A DNA stretch of 64,000 nt from Podarcis cretensis (taxonomy: Eukaryota), in the NCBI GenBank assembly GCA_951804945.1, contig OX638162.1, positions 24,676,001 through 24,740,000 of the forward strand, given 5' to 3'. Position numbers and translations under genes: made by a program. Below, piece by piece: positions 1 through 11,559 of this stretch. Every line of letters starts with the position of its first letter. The first letter of the stretch is position 1. The notes beneath the pieces are model-generated. The model was not told the DNA's origin, made no database searches, and saw nothing but the letters and a program-made list of their open reading frames with translations.

Positions 1-239
1 AGTCCAAAATCCTGGAGAGCTTTTGCCAGTCAGTGTAGGCAATAGTAAGCTCAATGAGCCAATGGTCTGATTCAGCTTCCTATGCTCCCATGCAGTTTCT
101 TGGTGCTGAAATATACCCATCCCTACGTCTGTTTATGCAGGATATTATGTCGGATATGCTTCATTAAAATGAGCATGACAACATGTGTCAGGTGCTGCTT
201 GGGTGTGGCTCAGAGAAGTTCCTGTCCTGGCAGGTGATA

Positions 240-400
240 ACCTAAGAAGAGCCCTGCTAGAACCAGCCAGTGGCCCATCTGGTCCAGTGTCCTGTTCTCA
301 CATTGCCCCACTAGATGTTTCTGGCAAACCTGCAAACGGGACCCAAGCACAAGAGCACTCTTCCCTCTTGAGGTTTCTAGCAATTGTTATTCAGAAGCAT
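240..400 (-). mobile_element. CR1 LINE 3' end fragment
   Basis: taagaagagccctgct...ccagtgtcctgttctcac matches the reverse of the CR1 3'UTR seen at ~11020-11090. Confidence 0.6.
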
Positions 401-661
401 TAATAGCAGGAAGGGCCCAGATTCAAAGCCCTGCTCATCCATAAAGTGCATCTACTCCAGCAAAGCAACAAACTTCTTTGTTGAGATAAAGTTGCATGAT
501 GTCATGTATATTGCCCTGCAGTTCCTGGAGGAACCTAGGGATGTAATGAAATGTTTATTTTCTTCTGTTTAATGTATCTGTATCATGTCACTTTTAGCAA
601 AGCAACCTCCACACCAGGACAAATGAAAGCAAAGATGCATAAGAAACAAAAGAGCATTGTA

Positions 662-662
662 T

Positions 663-697
<35 letters not shown>
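662..697. repeat. (AAC)n microsatellite
   Basis: Direct observation; other microsatellites at ~7139-7179 (ATT), 24555-24585 (GT), 28428-28470 (CT), 63003-63050 (TCTA). Confidence 0.95.
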
Positions 698-699
<2 letters not shown>

Positions 700-2263
700 T
701 ACCAGTAATAATAATTTATGAATTGGGGCAAAAAAGGAAGACTTAAGAGAGGTTGCCTCTGGTTGTTGTTTTTTGGAGCGATTTCTAAATGGAGGATGAG
801 GGAGATGATATTTAGAACAACTGTCCTTTGCAAAAAGGAGAAGTAAAAAGTTACACTTTCATTCTAACTTCTTTCGTATTCTCTCCCTGCTGCTGCAGTT
901 CTATAGACATGCAGAGGACAAACACAATATCCACCTCTGTTAAGCAAACCGGTGTCCATTCCTGCAAACAAAGAGAAGGGGGATAATATGTAAATTTCTT
1001 TTTCTTTCAACTCTCCCCTTTTCCTTTTTGTAAAAGAGAATCACCCTCCCCACCACATTATTTGAAAATAGCCAGGCTGCTGCTAGAGTAATGTTCTTAG
1101 ATATAAATTGAAATCCTTTTTGATATTTACACTACTGATTTCTGCACTTTCTTTAATCTCCTCTTTCAAATTAATAGACAATAACAGCAGATTCTTTCTT
1201 TGGCTGGCCTGCCGCTTGTTCATATTTACCCAAGTGTCTAGAGAGGAGATTGTACACATTGCTCTAATCCACCTGGCTGTGTTAGTTAAAAGCCCAGATA
1301 AAATCAGCTGCACTTAAATCTTAACCTTTTAAGTCTGAAATGTTTTTGAACGTCTGGGATCATGGCAACTGTCCGGAGGGAGGGAAGGAAGGGGACAGAA
1401 GGAAGGGGAGCCCTCCAGCATTGCAGGGCTGAAACAATTTGTTTTCTCTGCCCCCCCCTGCCCCCATGCTCTTAACTTGCATGGATAGTCCACACAATCA
1501 AGTAAAACAAAGAGGACTGCAACACTTTATAAGCAAGGGTGGGGCAACTTGAGGCCCTTAGCCTAATTTCATGTGATTGGCAAGGAAGGAGAGATGAGAA
1601 ATAGGAAGAAAGGGGGTGGCAGAAAGAGAGAGTGAAGAGGTGGCGGAGATGGGGTAGCAAAACAGAGAGCAGAAAGGGGGGTGTCGGAGACCAAGAGGAA
1701 TGGCAGAGACACCCAGAGTAAAGGGGGTGTCAAAGAATGAGAGAGGGGGAGAGAGCAAGGGGGACAGAGAAGGGGTGACAGATGCACAGGGAAAGGGGGT
1801 GTCAGAAAGCAAGTGTGAGAGAGAAGGAGGTGTCTTGCTCACATTTAGCCATGGCCCCACCCACTTTAAATTTAAGTCCTGCTGGCATGAGGCTCCCAAC
1901 AGATTTCCTTCAAGGGAATGTGGCCATTGGCAGAAAATATAAAGTTTCCCCACCCGCTGTTTTTAAAATTCTGATATATTTATTGTGGCAGAGACTTACA
2001 GGAAGATGAAGACCATTATATATAGATGTCTGGGGAGGCCATGGGGAAGGGCACCAATGGGCACCAATGCCACAGGGAATTTTGTCAGGAGACACCACTT
2101 CTCTACTTCCTGCTCCACAGGGTTACAGTTCAGTGGATGTAATCTCACGCATTTCAGGTCAAGATGCAAACACAACAGAGCAGAATCTTTGTGGCTGAGG
2201 GCACTGAGGGTGTTGCCTTGGAGAGAATAACTCTTTCAGCTGTTGAGCTCCCAGCTGTGCTGT

Positions 2264-2498
2264 GCTCTCGGTTTAAGAACAGCCCTGTTTACAAACTATT
2301 CGGTATATGAACTCCGCAAAACCGGAAGTGGTGTTCTGGTTAGCATACTTTACCTCGGTCTACGAATGGAAGCCAAATGGTGGAAGAGCACTGGCAGTGG
2401 GAGGCCTCATTAGGGAAAGCATGCCTCAGTTTCAGAATGGCTTTGGTTTAAGAATGGACTTCCGGAATGGATTAAGTTCATAAACCAAGGTACCACTG
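2264..2498. mobile_element. Tc1/mariner (Tigger/pogo-like) MITE, left end truncated
   Basis: Ends ...aaccaaggtaccactg|ta, the same TIR as the complete copy at 20714. Confidence 0.75.
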
Positions 2499-2689
2499 TA
2501 CATATAGAGGGCACAGTGTTCTTGATGGAAGATACTGGTATTCCCCATTGCATTTCCAAAGGCCCAACAGCAGTGCACCAGGGAATGCTAGTTTCTGGGC
2601 AGGGAAGGTGCGAGTGAGCGAGAGTGCTATTGCCCTGTTTGTCAGCTTCCGGAAAGCCAATTAGGATGAATGAAACATAACCAATTTGT

Positions 2690-3080
2690 TTTATTTTATT
2701 TATTTCTAAGATTTCTTACCCACCCTTCACCATAAGGTCACAGGGTAGGTTACAACAATATAATATACAATTAGAAGAACAAGTAACTCATAAAACAAGC
2801 AAAACCATTCCAGATGGAACAAGATAGTTTGAATTTAACAAAAGAGGCAGGTCCCCACAAAACAAGATACCTTAACTTCTAGAGGTCAGGGTGAAGAGGT
2901 GCCTATTCAGCATATGGGGAAAGCTGTGCAGTGAAGATGCTAGACAGGCCCATCTTTGTAGAGAAGGAGTTCCACCACTTAGGGGCTGCCACAAAGAATG
3001 CCTTCTTCTGGGCTGCCATCCACCGCACTTCTGAGGGTGGCAGAATCACTAAGAGAGCCCCCCCTTCTAATCTTACAAGG
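2690..3080 (-). mobile_element. Old L2 LINE 3' fragment
   Basis: tttattt tail; gagttccaccacttaggggctgccacaaagaatgcc is the reverse of the L2 'AFSVAAP.LWNSL' region. Confidence 0.55.
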
Positions 3081-3796
3081 TTGGTAGGGATTTTATTCCA
3101 TAATTGTTGAATTATTATGAGAAATATTTCTTTGCTTCACTCAGATTTAATTCCATTTGGGACTTTTGATTTTTGCAGTGTAGATGGTGGAGGTTGTAGC
3201 CAAAGTAGGTCTAGGCTAGCTTCCTGTCACCACAAGGGTTTCCTATGTAGGTAAGTTTTTAATGGTTTATGTTTTGTTGTTTTGTTGTTTCTGTATATGC
3301 TGGAAACTGCCCAGAGTGACTGGGGTACTACCCCCCCCCCCATCATCATCATCATTATAGAATTGGGCCGAATCTGGCTGAGGTGAATTCCATAATGATT
3401 TCTAAACAGGTTGGGTGTAGTAAGATGTTGTAAGTGGATCAGTAAAACCAATAAAAGTCCTAAGAGAGTTTTTGGGAGAAGGGTCTCTTTCTTCTACCTG
3501 ATCTCTGATGAATTGGTAGATCATTCCTTTCTTTCCATTTCAGACAATCCTTAATCTTCCTGGAGGTCTTAAGAGCAGTGTCATAGACTACATCATAAAT
3601 GCTTCTAAGTTTACTGAGCATGATTTCAGCAAACATTGCTTCATTGATGCCATGCATGAGCTGGCAGTGCTTCAGAAGAGTACTTGGAGATAGGGGTTTG
3701 GACTCCTTCATGCTTTGCTTTGGCAGAGGTCAGCAACACACACACACTTTCATAAACAGTAACCCTAAAATTATTCAAAAAAAATAAATTAAAAAA

Positions 3797-3865
3797 TTCC
3801 TTCCAGTAGCACCTTAAAGACCAACTAAGTTAGTTCTTGGTATGAGCTTTCGTGTGCATGCACAC
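3797..3865 (-). mobile_element. Penelope-like element terminal fragment (partial hammerhead-like motif)
   Basis: Reverse strand reads gtgtgcatgcacacGAAAgctcataccaagaactaacttagttggtctttaaggtgctactgg; same family as 62551-62960. Confidence 0.7.
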
Positions 3866-4619
3866 AAGGAGGGTGGACAGCCTAGCTGGTAAGGGGTGTG
3901 GCCTACAGAGAAACCTGAGGGCCATATAGAATGCTCCAGAAGGCCACATTCAACTGCTAGTCCTGAGGTTCTCCAGCACTTCAGTTGTGGATTGACATAT
4001 AAATCTCTCCTGTATTATAGATTTCTATTGCAGTAATAATTTTCATAAAGCAGCCATTATTGGTACCAGATATGTTACCATGAAGCTTATACTTCCAGCA
4101 GTGGGCTTAAATCAGTTACGTTTTATATACAAGACTTGAAATAGATCCATGCAGTGCTTTGCCATGTATATAAGACAGTTAATTTGCAAAGCACTCTGTA
4201 ATAAAAATATTATCTATTTTATGGCTTTTCACATAAGAAATGAGTCTAATCTTAATCATAATGAATGCTGAATTACTCTGGCCATACCTAGATGATGCAA
4301 AGCACTTAGAAAGGTAGCTTTTTAGTGGAACAACTAAAGGTCATACAAGTAATAATAACATTTAACACTTACTGTATATAGCACGTGTTGAGTGTTCAGA
4401 ATGCTCCACATTCATTCGTCACACCAATAATACATAAATATATATACCATTAGCATTAGTGTCTGGTCTCCTGAATCTTTCAGATACCCTCAACATAAAG
4501 CTTGCATCATACTACAGTAGGAAATCACAGTAGAACGAGGTGGCATTGTGTGCATGCCTGTGTGTCATAGTGTTGGGGCTGTTGCTTGGTGTGACCTGGC
4601 CTGGCTGGGTTGAATAGCC

Positions 4620-4668
4620 ATGGGAAATGGCCACACAGTGCAGCCTAATGAAGCCCTCATCGTGTCAG
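4620..4668 (+). CDS. FLOT2: First coding exon of a flotillin-2-like gene (MGNGHTVQPNEALIVS-G); paralog, alternative exon or relic
   Basis: Matches the vertebrate FLOT2 N-terminus MGNCHTVGPNEALVVSG at 14/17 residues. Kozak gccATGG; 49-nt exon ending in phase 1 at CAG|GTAAGG, as I recall FLOT2 exon 1. Orthology is uncertain and downstream exons were not seen. Confidence 0.75.
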
Positions 4669-5312
4669 GTAAGGAACCCGGGGGTGGGGCGTGGGTGAGC
4701 AGGGGCATGATTTCCTCAAGTGGGGGCATCTGTGGGGAAGGAATGCTCACTGAACTCCCTCTTTCCCCTTTCACATGTCTGCACCTACCCCCCCCCCCGT
4801 GGCTCCTCTTCTGCCTTGCAGGGTTGCATCACCCTCTTCTTCTCCTTCCCTACTTCCTCCTGTTCTCCACCTTCTTTCTCCTTCCATCTCTGCTTTTTAT
4901 GTGAGGGAAGGTCTTCCTTCCTGAACTGGGCAAGCCCTGGGAGGGGGGCTTTATGTCTTCCATTCCCACCCCTCTTTTGGTGGTTGGGTGGATGTGCTAG
5001 ATGCATGCAGAAGACACACACACCTCAGCATCTCCTCATTGGGCTTGGAATGTCCTTTGCCTGAAACCCTGGACAGCCACTGCCAGTCAGTGTGAACAAT
5101 AGTGAGTTAGGGCCTCTTACCAGCTCTTAGCGCCCTTAGCAAACCACAGCTCCTAAATTTGTTTGAGAGAAGCCATCACTGTCTAAAAACTGTATCATGA
5201 AATGTATTGTGTGAATGGGGACATTGTAAGGAGATTCCTGTTCCCCTCACAGAGCTACAGTGCACAGGGTGAGCCTAAGGAAGAAAAACTGATTGTTAAA
5301 CTACTCTGTGAA

Positions 5313-6935
5313 CTTCCGGGTTGGCGCCATCGCCGAATGGCGGACTCCCTCCGAGCTCCGGAGGGAGCCTGCTCGGCAGGGGCTGGGTTCTACTGCGCCG
5401 GCGACGCGGGGACCCTCAAAAACCATGGGCGCTGAAACCCATGGGCATGGTGACTCGGCGGGCACCGTTTGCGCCCCCCCGACCCGCGAAGGAGCCTTTT
5501 TAAAGGCTGCGGAGCGGGTGACGGGGGGGGGGTGCTGTGAGTCCTCCGCTTCCCCTGCCGAGTGAAGCTGCATGCCATTCGACGGAGAGCGCTGACTTCT
5601 TCCATTGAAAATTTGGTCTTTAAAAGAATAACCGGTGAGTAATTGGAACTTGGATTAAAAAAGGGGGAAAATTCTATTTAAATTCGGAGCGAGCGGGGGA
5701 GGTGCAAAAAGGAAGTCAGCCTCCCCCCTGTTGTAGAGGAGCTAAAGCAAAGGATTTGACAACTAAGATCGAGTGTAACCTTTTTTTGATAAAGTTATTA
5801 ACTTCGCGATGGAAAATTATAAGACTGGGCTGGAGGAGAAAAGTGGAATGTGAATTAAAATGCAACCCCCCCCCCCCGGAAACCCCGGGAGCGATCTGAA
5901 AGAGCGCCGGGAGAGGAGAAATAGAGGTTTTGACAGCTGTCAAAGGAGCTGTCAAAGCGGAAGAACAAAAAGAGAACTTTGTTACGAGGACTTTGCTGGT
6001 CACATTTGTTACAAATTGGATATAAATTGTTTAAAACAAGGAATAATAAGTTACTTTGACTGTTGGGTGTGATCGGGAAGGAAACTGAGTTACTATAATC
6101 CCTCTAGAGGAGCTGTGGGACACTACAAGTATTGTTGGCATAGAATTTGAATAGGACTTTTTATCGCCTGGGAAACTGCAGAAATGGAACACTATTTTGT
6201 CTACAGAGGTCTACACACTAAAGGAGACAATAGATTTATCTATTGAAGAATGGAAGGGACTTGACGTAATGTTTTGTTCCTGAATAACAAAGCCTCTGCA
6301 GAGGAATTAGAAGCTTTTTGGAATTAGAACATTTGTGCAGGAGAGCAGGGGGGGGGAAGAGGAGGAGAGAGAACAACAAGAACAACAAGAATAACAAGAA
6401 CTGGACAAAGTTGGAAGATAGACTCCTTCCAAGATTGGACATTCGAAACCAAAGATGACCAAAAGATGGCAAAGACTAATAAAAAGACGGCAAAGCGGAC
6501 TGGTGAAGGACTGTGGTTTAGATGTGGGAGCTCCAGGATGACAGTAGACATTGATGGACATTGGGAACGCAACCGGGAAAGGGGGGAGGGAAATTTGGAA
6601 TCCAAAGGGTGTTAAATTACATTTTATTCTTTTTTTTATCTTTCTGTTTATCTTAATCTGTACTGCATATTAAAGACGGGAACTCGTGGAAGGGAACAGG
6701 TTGATTTTAGGGGATGGGAAAATATTTTTTTTAAATTGGGCCAATGATAATAATTTTAAAATTTGGGGTAAGAATTTGTTGAATCTATTTGAAAGAATTG
6801 GAATACAAGAGGGGGATGGGAGGGGAAGTCCTGGAAAGATGCCAGTGAAAATAAGGTTTTAAATTTGGATGTTTTTCTTTTTCTGTTATATTTGAAAATC
6901 TTTAATAAATATTATTAAAAAAGAGAGAAAAAAAA
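5313..6935 (+). mobile_element. Non-autonomous L1-type retroelement with CpG-rich 5' end and A-rich tail
   Basis: Starts cttccggg..cgccat..atggcgg (ETS/YY1-like motifs); CpG-rich first ~300 bp; no long ORF; GGGGAAGTC 3'UTR motif shared with the L1 at 11560; AATAAA at 6904 then A tail; interrupts a hairpin-type repeat (~5120-7040). Confidence 0.65.
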
Positions 6936-7139
6936 GAATTGTAGCTCTGGAAGGAGAATAGCACCCCACAGCTCCCATAATTCTTCACAATGAGCCATGA
7001 CTTTCTAATGTACCACGGCAGCACTTAAAATGTATGGTGCAAATATGACTCCAGTCTTATAGACCCTTCGTCATGCCATTGATGACTCCAACCCTAGATG
7101 TCGCTGTTCAAGACTATTGCAATGTGACTATTTATAGCA

Positions 7140-7180
<41 letters not shown>

Positions 7181-7959
7181 TGAAGTTTCAAACTAACATG
7201 ACTACTGAGAAAAATATTGGGAAAGGGGATGTATGTGTACATCACCCCCCTGCCCCATTTTGGGTTCTTTCTCTCTGTTTCAATCTAGCTTCAACAAGGG
7301 TGTTTATAGAACACAGCATAATGGAGCATTGTTTGGCTCGGGATTTAATTTCCCTCCATCACAAGCTGCCACGGCAGCCCCTGTCATCACGATTGGTCAC
7401 ACTTTTTGTGCGCGCTATATCTCGCCGAAAGTCACAGCCCCTCCTGGGTTGCATAATCTCCCTCGTCTGGAGCGGAGCTCCCTTGACATTATAAGAAGCG
7501 GAGAGGGGGGAAGTCAGGGGCCACCATTGTCAGCAGAAGCCTCTCTGTCCTCAGGCTTCCCCCATGCCCCCTTCACTCCGTAGATTCACACACACTGAGC
7601 AAAGCAAACTTAAGAGCCAAAGCACATGCAGTGCTGTGTTCCTGCGTTTTCTATATTTTTGAGTCTAGAGGCAACCCCATTGGTTGATGGGAGGTGTAAT
7701 CCAATCCTCTCCAATGGTGGGCCACCAACTGGAGCACTGCTGAGGGATGCCACTCAGTCTCACCAGGGAGCCAAAAACCCTCTGAAAGGATTTCATAAGG
7801 AAGTGAGGGGGAAATAAGAGAAAGGCCAGTTTGGATTAAAGGAAAGAGCTGACCCTAATCTTGACCCAACCCTATACTAAATTGATGGGCTTTTTTGGAG
7901 TGGGGGGTGAGATAACCCTCCATGAGTGGCCATTGAAGCTCAGTAGGCAAATCCCCTCC

Positions 7960-8340
7960 TCCTCCCATTGCCCCCCCCATCTGTCAAAACTGACAGCTGG
8001 TAAAATAAGACAATTTTATTTTTAACCATTGTGTGATAAATCATTTCTCCCGCTAATGCTTCATAAGTGAGGAGCAGGTTGTCGGAGAGTTAAGGTTTCC
8101 ACACAAATTCTCACACCCACAGGGAAGGGCGTTTATTTGATCTACACACCAAAAAGTAAAGGTAGCGGTAAAAGCTTCTGCAGGGTTTTTTTCCTGGAGA
8201 TGAACTGAAAGCAAAATTTCACCCCCCACAGAGGGAGGATTCGGCTTGTCTGTGTTCACCACATGAGTCATCGCTTGGATGATATGACTAGAATCTGGGT
8301 GGCTGTGCACCAATCAATTCCCAGCATGCCATTTTCCAAG
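7960..8340. promoter_or_regulatory. Candidate enhancer/CNE (Meis dyad plus Pbx-Hox site)
   Basis: CTGTCA 7981-7986, TGACAG 7991-7996, ATAAATCA (TGATTTAT reversed) 8036-8043; repeat-free. Confidence 0.4.
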
Positions 8341-8589
8341 CCTGCAGTTGGTGGTTAGAGCAGCCTCCCCACCAACCTGATGCCCTCCAAGTGTGCTGGG
8401 TGAAAACTTCCATCAGCCTCAGCCAGCCTGGCACCACTGAGTCCAAACTGGCTGTGAAGGCTGCAGTTGATGGGAATTGTAGCCCATACTGGCTCTGCTA
8501 GCTGCAGTTGGTAGGAGTTGGAGTTACAAATGGCCATGTTGGCTGGGGTTGATTGGGGTTGTAGTCCAAACTTGCTGTGCTGTATGGCG

Positions 8590-8717
8590 TAAGGTTCCCA
8601 GACGTCCCCGTTTCCCGGGGCGGGGACAGTCCCCGGATTTACAAATAAGTCCCCATACAAAATCCATTGAAGTTGAAAAGTGTCCCCAGATTCACTGAAA
8701 AAAATCTGGTAGCCTTA
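8590..8717. mobile_element. hAT-type MITE
   Basis: TIR taaggttcccaga / tctggtagcctta; 8-bp TSD gtatggcg / gtatgggg; internal GTCCCC repeats. Confidence 0.75.
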
Positions 8718-9121
8718 GTATGGGGTGATGGTTGTCCTGATGGTAGTTCAACATAGCTGGAGGGCAACAGGTTAGAATGAGGGAGTCAAAGTGTTGTCCT
8801 GTTGACCAGGTGAGAGCAAACAAGGCCAGGTTCCTACTGTAGTCCACCACCTGGCCTGGCCATTTTTCAGCCAACAACAGAGCCTGATGTAGAACAACCC
8901 TGTTCTCTTCCACAACTGGAGAAGACTTCAGGGTCTGAGCACAGACAGAAGTGATACACTCATTTTAAGGAATTTACTCTTTATTACAGAACTTGAATAT
9001 TTTGGCACTAAGAATGAATAACTCAAGTGAACAAATGGAAAGGAGATGAATTTGATCTCTCTCCTTTCCCTGGAAACAAAATTATCTTTGATGGCCTTCA
9101 AAGCATACTATCTTGCACTGG

Positions 9122-9122
<1 letters not shown>

Positions 9123-9167
<45 letters not shown>

Positions 9168-9575
9168 TATTTCTACCCTACCCAACTGTCCGGGTTTCCC
9201 CAGCCACTCTGGGTGGCTTTCAACAGAACATTAAAAACAGAATAAAACTTCAAACATTAAAAACTTCCCTAAACAGGGCTGCCTTCAGATGTCTTCTAAA
9301 AGTCAAATAGTTGTTTATTTCCTTGACATCTGATGGGAGGGTGTTCCACAGGGTGGGCGCCACTACTGAGAAGGCCCTCTGCCTGGTTCCCTGTAACCTC
9401 ACTTCTTGCAGTGAGGGAACCACCAGAAGGCCCTCAGTGCTGAACGTTAGTGTCTGGGCAGAACAATGGGGTGGGGGGGGGAGATGTTCCTTCAGGTATA
9501 CTGGGCCGAGGCTGTTTAGGGCTTTAAAGGTCAGCACCAAAACTTTGAATTGTGCTTGGAAACATAGTGGAAGCT
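9123..9575 (-). mobile_element. L2 LINE 3' fragment with (TTA)n tail
   Basis: ORF 9250-9540(-) VLTFKALNSLGPVYLKE...RAFSVVAPTLWNTLP is an L2 ORF2 C-terminus. Confidence 0.9.
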
Positions 9576-10289
9576 GACCTTTCCTTTTCTTATGCAGGCA
9601 TACATCTGCATGTCTGAAAGCCAGATTTCAATAAACCTTCAAAAGAAGGAACTTAGCCAGGAGAAGACTGCACTGCAAAAGCTTTACAGTGCAAGATTTG
9701 GCTGACAGTGGATACAAGTGGGGAAAAAAGATTTTTAATAGGTTATGGCAATAAGACATCTTTGGCTTCTAGTACCCTGGATGAGGTCTTGCTTCCGATT
9801 TAAGTTTTCCTTGGAATACTCTCCAAGTTATTAATCCTTCTGTGCTCTCTCTAAGCCAGGGGGAGCAGTTGTCAGCATGCTTTGGGGGCCATCTCTGAAC
9901 ATGCTGGCCTGCTGCTTGGTATAGTATTTCTCCAGGAAGATCCCTTGGGTGGTCTTGTCTTGTGAAGGCAGAGAAGGAGAGATAACGGAATCCTTTCAAG
10001 CATGTTGTTGCTGGTCTCTGTCCTTGGGAGGGGCACAGATTCACCTTGAAGGAGACAGATTGCCCCCCAAAATGCAAAACAAAATGTAGGAAGAGGTCGG
10101 GAAGAAGGGCAGCCAACTCAAGCCCCTCTTGAAAGAAAACACTTTTGCTTGTGTGATACTGAGTGGCTCTATTTCATTGGCACCGGGGTTTCCCACAGCA
10201 AAAAAATCCACCCTGAAACCCACACATAAAAATAAGGTCTGAAACAGGAAAGATGCAGCACAGCATCACCAGCCAAGCATAGTGGCCTA

Positions 10290-11092
10290 CCACATGTGTG
10301 GTGTGGAGAAAGTGGATAGGAAGAAGTTTTTTTTACCTTCTCCTATAACACTAGAAAGGGACGCAGGTGGCGCTGTGGGTTAAACCACAGGGCCTAGGGC
10401 TTGCTGATCAGAAGGTCGGTGGTTCGAATCCCCATGATGGGGTGAGCTCCCATTGCTCGGTCCCTGCTCCTGCCAACCTAGCAGTTCAAAAGCACGTCAA
10501 GGTGCAAGTAGATAAATAGGTACCGCTCTGACGGGAAGGTAAATGGCGTTTCCGTGTGCTGCTCTGGTTCGCCAGAAGCGGCTTAGTCATGCTGGCCACA
10601 TGACCCGGAAGCTGTATGCCAGCTCCCTTGGCCAATAAAGTGAGATGAGCGCCGCAATCCCAGAGTCGGTCACGACTGGACCTAATGGTCAGGGGTCCCT
10701 TTACCTTTATAACACTAGAACCTAGGGGCATCCAGGGAGGCTGAATTTGGGAAAATTCAGGACAGACAGAAGGAAGTCCTCCATACAGCACATAGTTAAA
10801 ACCATGGAACTTGCTCGTACAATATGTAGTTATGACCTCCAGCATGGATGGCCTTAAAAGAGGATTAGAGAAATTCATGGATAAATCTGTCAGTGGCTAC
10901 AAGAGACAATATCTATGTCCAGCCTTCACTGATGGAGGCAATCTTGCTCCTAAATACCAGTTGTGGGGATTAACGAGTGGGAAGAATGCTATTGTGTTCA
11001 CGTGTTTCCCACAGGGGCATCTGGTTGACCACTGTGAGAATAGGATGGTGGAGTAGATGGCCCTTGTCCTGACCCAGCGGGCTCTTCTTATA
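10290..11092 (+). mobile_element. CR1 LINE 3' fragment, interrupted by a Sauria SINE
   Basis: Degenerate ORF2 C-terminus (GKFRTDRRK...DGLKRGLEKFM) followed by the CR1 3'UTR. Confidence 0.85.
10358..10707 (+). mobile_element. Sauria (Squam1) SINE
   Basis: gggacgcaggtggcgctg head, B box ggttcgaatcc, ACCTTT tail, 13-bp TSD tataacactagaa (10344-10356 / 10708-10720). Confidence 0.95.
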
Positions 11093-11559
11093 CTGTAAGC
11101 AACAAAACAATTGAAACATGCTACCCTGGACTTCTTTGGAAGGAGAGGTGGAATATAATATGAATAAAGAAATGTAATGAAAACATCCCAAAATACTACC
11201 AAAATCTAAAAGTATCAAGAACTTCTAAAAAGTCTAAAAACAATTCCAGTACAGATGCATACTGGGAAAGAGCTCAACCTGAAAACTCATCAGAAGAAGA
11301 CCTTCAGTAGACACTAAAATACAACAGAGATGGCAGCTGTTTAATATTGTTATGGGCCATCCCAATCTCAGAGTGGTGTGAGATTCCAGGGGTCTTGGCA
11401 CTCAAGCAGGGAGACTGCAGTGTCTTTATGATATGTGGTATATTTACACCTATTTATACATACCTGAGTCAACAGTAGAGGGATTTCCAGCATTCAAATC
11501 ACAGAGACACAGCACTGGATTCAACAGCAGCCAGACAGCCATCTCTGTGTTTCTTTTTT

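Noticed and set aside
4574-4610. ggggctgttgc (G-C-C) and tggcctggctgg upstream of the ATG resembling FLOT2 exon 2
   Set aside because: Wrong order, too short, followed by an in-frame stop; probably chance
4669-4904. Read-through of the 94-aa ORF 4620-4904 as a single-exon protein
   Set aside because: FLOT2 similarity stops exactly at the GT donor; the remainder is pyrimidine-rich intron-like sequence
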